DNA from: the human T2T-CHM13v2.0 reference genome, Homo sapiens | Length of the DNA stretch: 64,000 nt | Reading direction: 5' to 3' (one strand) | Assembly (NCBI RefSeq): GCF_009914755.1 | Contig: NC_060928.1 | In this document: positions 60,871 through 64,000 of the stretch, one piece after another | Numbering within the stretch: position 1 is the first letter of the stretch | Layout: each line of letters starts with the position of its first letter | The notes under the pieces: generated by a model | Seen by the model: the letters and a program-made list of their open reading frames with translations, nothing else | What the model was told of the DNA's origin: nothing | Databases searched by the model: none | Program-made: the position numbers and the translations under genes

Positions 60871-63800
60871 TCACACTCCTTAAAAATGTACTATTCAAAT
60901 GTTACCAAGGAGACCTTTGGTGCCTCTGGAGGTGTAGTGGTTCCTGGTTCCAGTATCTGCAACTATACCATAAAATCGGTAGAATTTGATATGAAAGGCC
61001 TTTGGGAGCAAGGTCACACTAATAGAGAGAATGCCACTGAATATGAAGGGGAAATGCTGACCTACTGAAAGTACTCTATTTGAGTCAAAAAAGGACACGT
61101 GAGTCAAATTCGCGCTCGGGAATTCTCCACAACGCCTGGTTGTGGGCACTTTACAAGGTTACTAATAAGAATATGTTTATGTGCTCCAAAAATGTGCATT
61201 ACTTCAGGTTAGGCACAAAACTAGGCCTCCGCAAAAATCTGTAAACACTATGATCACACCATACATTTCATATTGTAGAAATGCAGTGACTCATTTCTAA
61301 GCTTTACAAAATAAGGAAAATCACAATGTTAATGCTTATTGGAGACTCATTCAGAACCAGATGAATCTGTTTGAATATTATTATCTCAAACAGTATGTGG
61401 AAATTATTTTTACCCAATTATGCTCTAGTTTTCCATGGTAAATTCTAATATAAATTATTTAACTTGGTAAAACAAAGATTTCCTAGGGATTTGGAGAGTA
61501 ACAACAAATATAATTATCATCGAACAAAAAATAGTATTGTCAAGAATTCGATGAATAATTCTTAGTTTTCTTGCTATATAATAAATGGAAATCTAGTTTC
61601 ATCGATTTTTAACATGGCAAGATTATAAGGAATTTTAAAATATTAATACAAATGTCTTTGTTGGAGATACTTATTTATTAATACATTTCAACCTAGACAC
61701 AATGAGAATCTTTGATTACACTGTCCTAACCTCAAATAAATTGATATCTTTTTCAATAAATAAATGTAGTCACGCACTAGAAGCCAGAAAAATATTTTTG
61801 AACCACTCCTTCCATTTGCATTTGTTTCAACCATTTCCCTGTGAAATTTCACACATTATACTGCACATGGGGTCTAGTATGTGTTGATTGGCCGTCTCTG
61901 AGTAATCGCTTTACACTGATGTGGACATTCTGCACACCATATCTAGACATCTGCTTATTGAACCAGAAGTTGGTGCTTCTTGGGCCTCATCCCAGTTTTT
62001 GTACTTTCTACTTAGCCCTGGATGATTCACTGCTGATCCCCAGAGCCACATTTTTCAGTCTATCAAATAGAATGAAAATCTGCCAGCCTTTCTGTCTTCT
62101 GTTCTATGTAACTCTTAGTGCTAGGCAAAAATATAGTCTCCAAGGATTCTTATGCGGTTTAAATCGATGATGTCTAAGCTTCTCATAAGAAAGATGCTGT
62201 ATCAATAGATGTAAGTCACTTATGATGATGTAATTGAAGATCCTTATAAAATGTTGCAAACCAGATAGAATACGTAATTGCCTAGATAAAGGTTGAATAT
62301 TCAGCACAGCCTCACTTTTATGATTGTGAAAATAATACCTGTTGGGTTTGGAAAAGACAAAAAAAGTAAAATAGAAATTCACGCCTACAATATCTCCACA
62401 CAAAGATAGCTGAAAATTTAATAAACATTTAAGATTGTTTGCCCCTTTTCTCCCTGTGAGAATAATATTCAAAATAATACACTGGCTGTCAAACAGGCAT
62501 CTTTGTTGAATTAAATGCATCAATATAAATATTCATGGTATTGTCTTAGCTGTATCTCTAAGAAATGCACCAAGTCCCCTGTAAGAATATTGCTTTAGTT
62601 ACTGGTGTTGCTGTGCATACATGTATTGCACAGTCACACACACACGCACACACACACACGCATACACACGTAAACCAAATTCCAGAGGCTTTACAAGTCT
62701 TAGATCCATCTAGAGTCCTTGATTTGCCATTTGGATCCCTACCTTTCTTTCACTTTTCTCCTATTATCACCTTGGCAAGCTGAAACACTTGTTTTGGGAC
62801 GAATCCTCTTCTAGCTTCTAGTACTTTGTTCATGTTCTCTCCACCTGCAAGGATCTCTGCATCTCTGTATGCTTGAAGTCTGTGATGCCAAACCATAAAG
62901 TTATGGAGGCAAAGAGCATGGGCTTTGGAACCAGACAGGTTAGGATCAGATTCTAAACCTGCTGCTGGCTCTGTGACCTAAGCAAGTCATTGAACTTTTG
63001 CCTCTGTTCCATTTGCCTCTGTTTCCTCATACAGAAGATAAAGATAATAACAGTTCTTACCTCCTGAGTGTGTTATGATGATTAAATACATTAAAATGTG
63101 TAAAGAACTTCCACACCAGACTCACAGAATGTACTCTGGAAAAGTTATATTACACTATCCTATTTTACCAATTTTATCAACTGTGCATACATATTTATTT
63201 TTCACATTTGAGCCTCACCAAGATCAGAATGCTTTAAAACATCAGTGATGTCTTAAAATCGTATCTAACTCAGATGACAGTTGTGTTGGGGTTGTGTGAG
63301 AGCCTCACAATGACACTTTCTAATAGAAATGCCCACATCAAAGAGTTTTAGTTTCCACAAAACAAGGACATCTACTTGTGTAAAATAGTTGAGGGCAAGG
63401 ATTTTAAAATCACCTGCCTGGTTCTGCCACTTCCTGTGCCCTTGGGCAAGTTGCTTAACCTCTCAAAGTCTCTCTTTGTCCATCTGTAAATTAGTAGTAA
63501 TAATGGTCTCTACCTCACAAAGTTGTGTCATCATTGAATTCCATAATGAATGGAAAGCATTTAGCCTGTTACATAGTAAATTCTAAATAATAATAACCAT
63601 AAACATTTTTTAGCACTTACTAGGTACCAGTAACTACATGTAGTAATTGTGTCCTAAAGCCTTCACGTGACTAAATTTATTTAACACTTCCTCAAATCTT
63701 ACAACAGGATGCTAGAATTGTCTGTATTTTATAGGTGACGAAACTGAGGCACAAAAGGGTGACAATTTGTCAAGGTCACACTGTTGTTAAAAGGTAGAGC

Positions 63801-63904
63801 CAAACTTCAGAATCCATGCTCTTCTCCTCTAGGCTCCACTGCTACTCCACTGGAAAGAACAACTTGAAAGGAACAACTTGAAAAACAACACTTGGATGCA
63901 TGTG

Positions 63905-64000
63905 TTTTTTGAAACAGAGTTTTGCTCTTGTCGCCCAGGATGGAGCACAGTGGCACGATCTTGGCTCACTGCAACCTCCACCTCCTGGCTTCAAGCAATT
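63905..64000 (-). mobile_element. Alu (partial, runs off the window end)
   Basis: gaaacagagttttgctcttgtcgcccagg...ttggctcactgcaacctccacctcc. Confidence 0.9.

Noticed and set aside
60886-61068. 60-aa non-repeat ORF as a possible exon or pseudogene fragment
   Set aside because: Non-ATG start, no recognisable homology and no clear splice signals.
63853-63895. Short gaacaacttgaaa repeats
   Set aside because: Two to three degenerate copies of a micro-duplication; no evidence of function.

Overview
Primate (almost certainly human) genomic DNA. The only supportable protein-coding sequence is the first coding exon of RELL1 (minus strand, 21486-21399, MAPRALPGSAVLAAAVFVGGAVSSPLVAP, then a GTGAGT donor). 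It lies in a CpG-island promoter (~20970-22250) built partly from an internal tandem duplication. Bases 1-21398 are RELL1 intron 1 (exon 2 not seen); ~22250-64000 is repeat-dense upstream DNA. Repeats include a full-length SVA with a perfect 15-bp TSD, about 35 Alus or Alu fragments, ERV LTRs (MER41B nested in MER21, MER4, LTR47), MaLR LTRs (MST, THE1, MLT1, one apparently LTR-int-LTR), hAT DNA transposon relics, old L1/L2/MIR, a Y1 RNA retropseudogene and a ~770-bp TA/CA minisatellite. Other ORFs in the track are repeat, GC-rich or low-complexity artefacts. I see no convincing new multi-gene system. The best leads are an intronic MER41B retaining both tandem GAS (STAT) motifs, the modular RELL1 promoter, and several atypical insertion or duplication scars. 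Repeat names were assigned by eye from remembered consensus sequences, and most boundaries are approximate.
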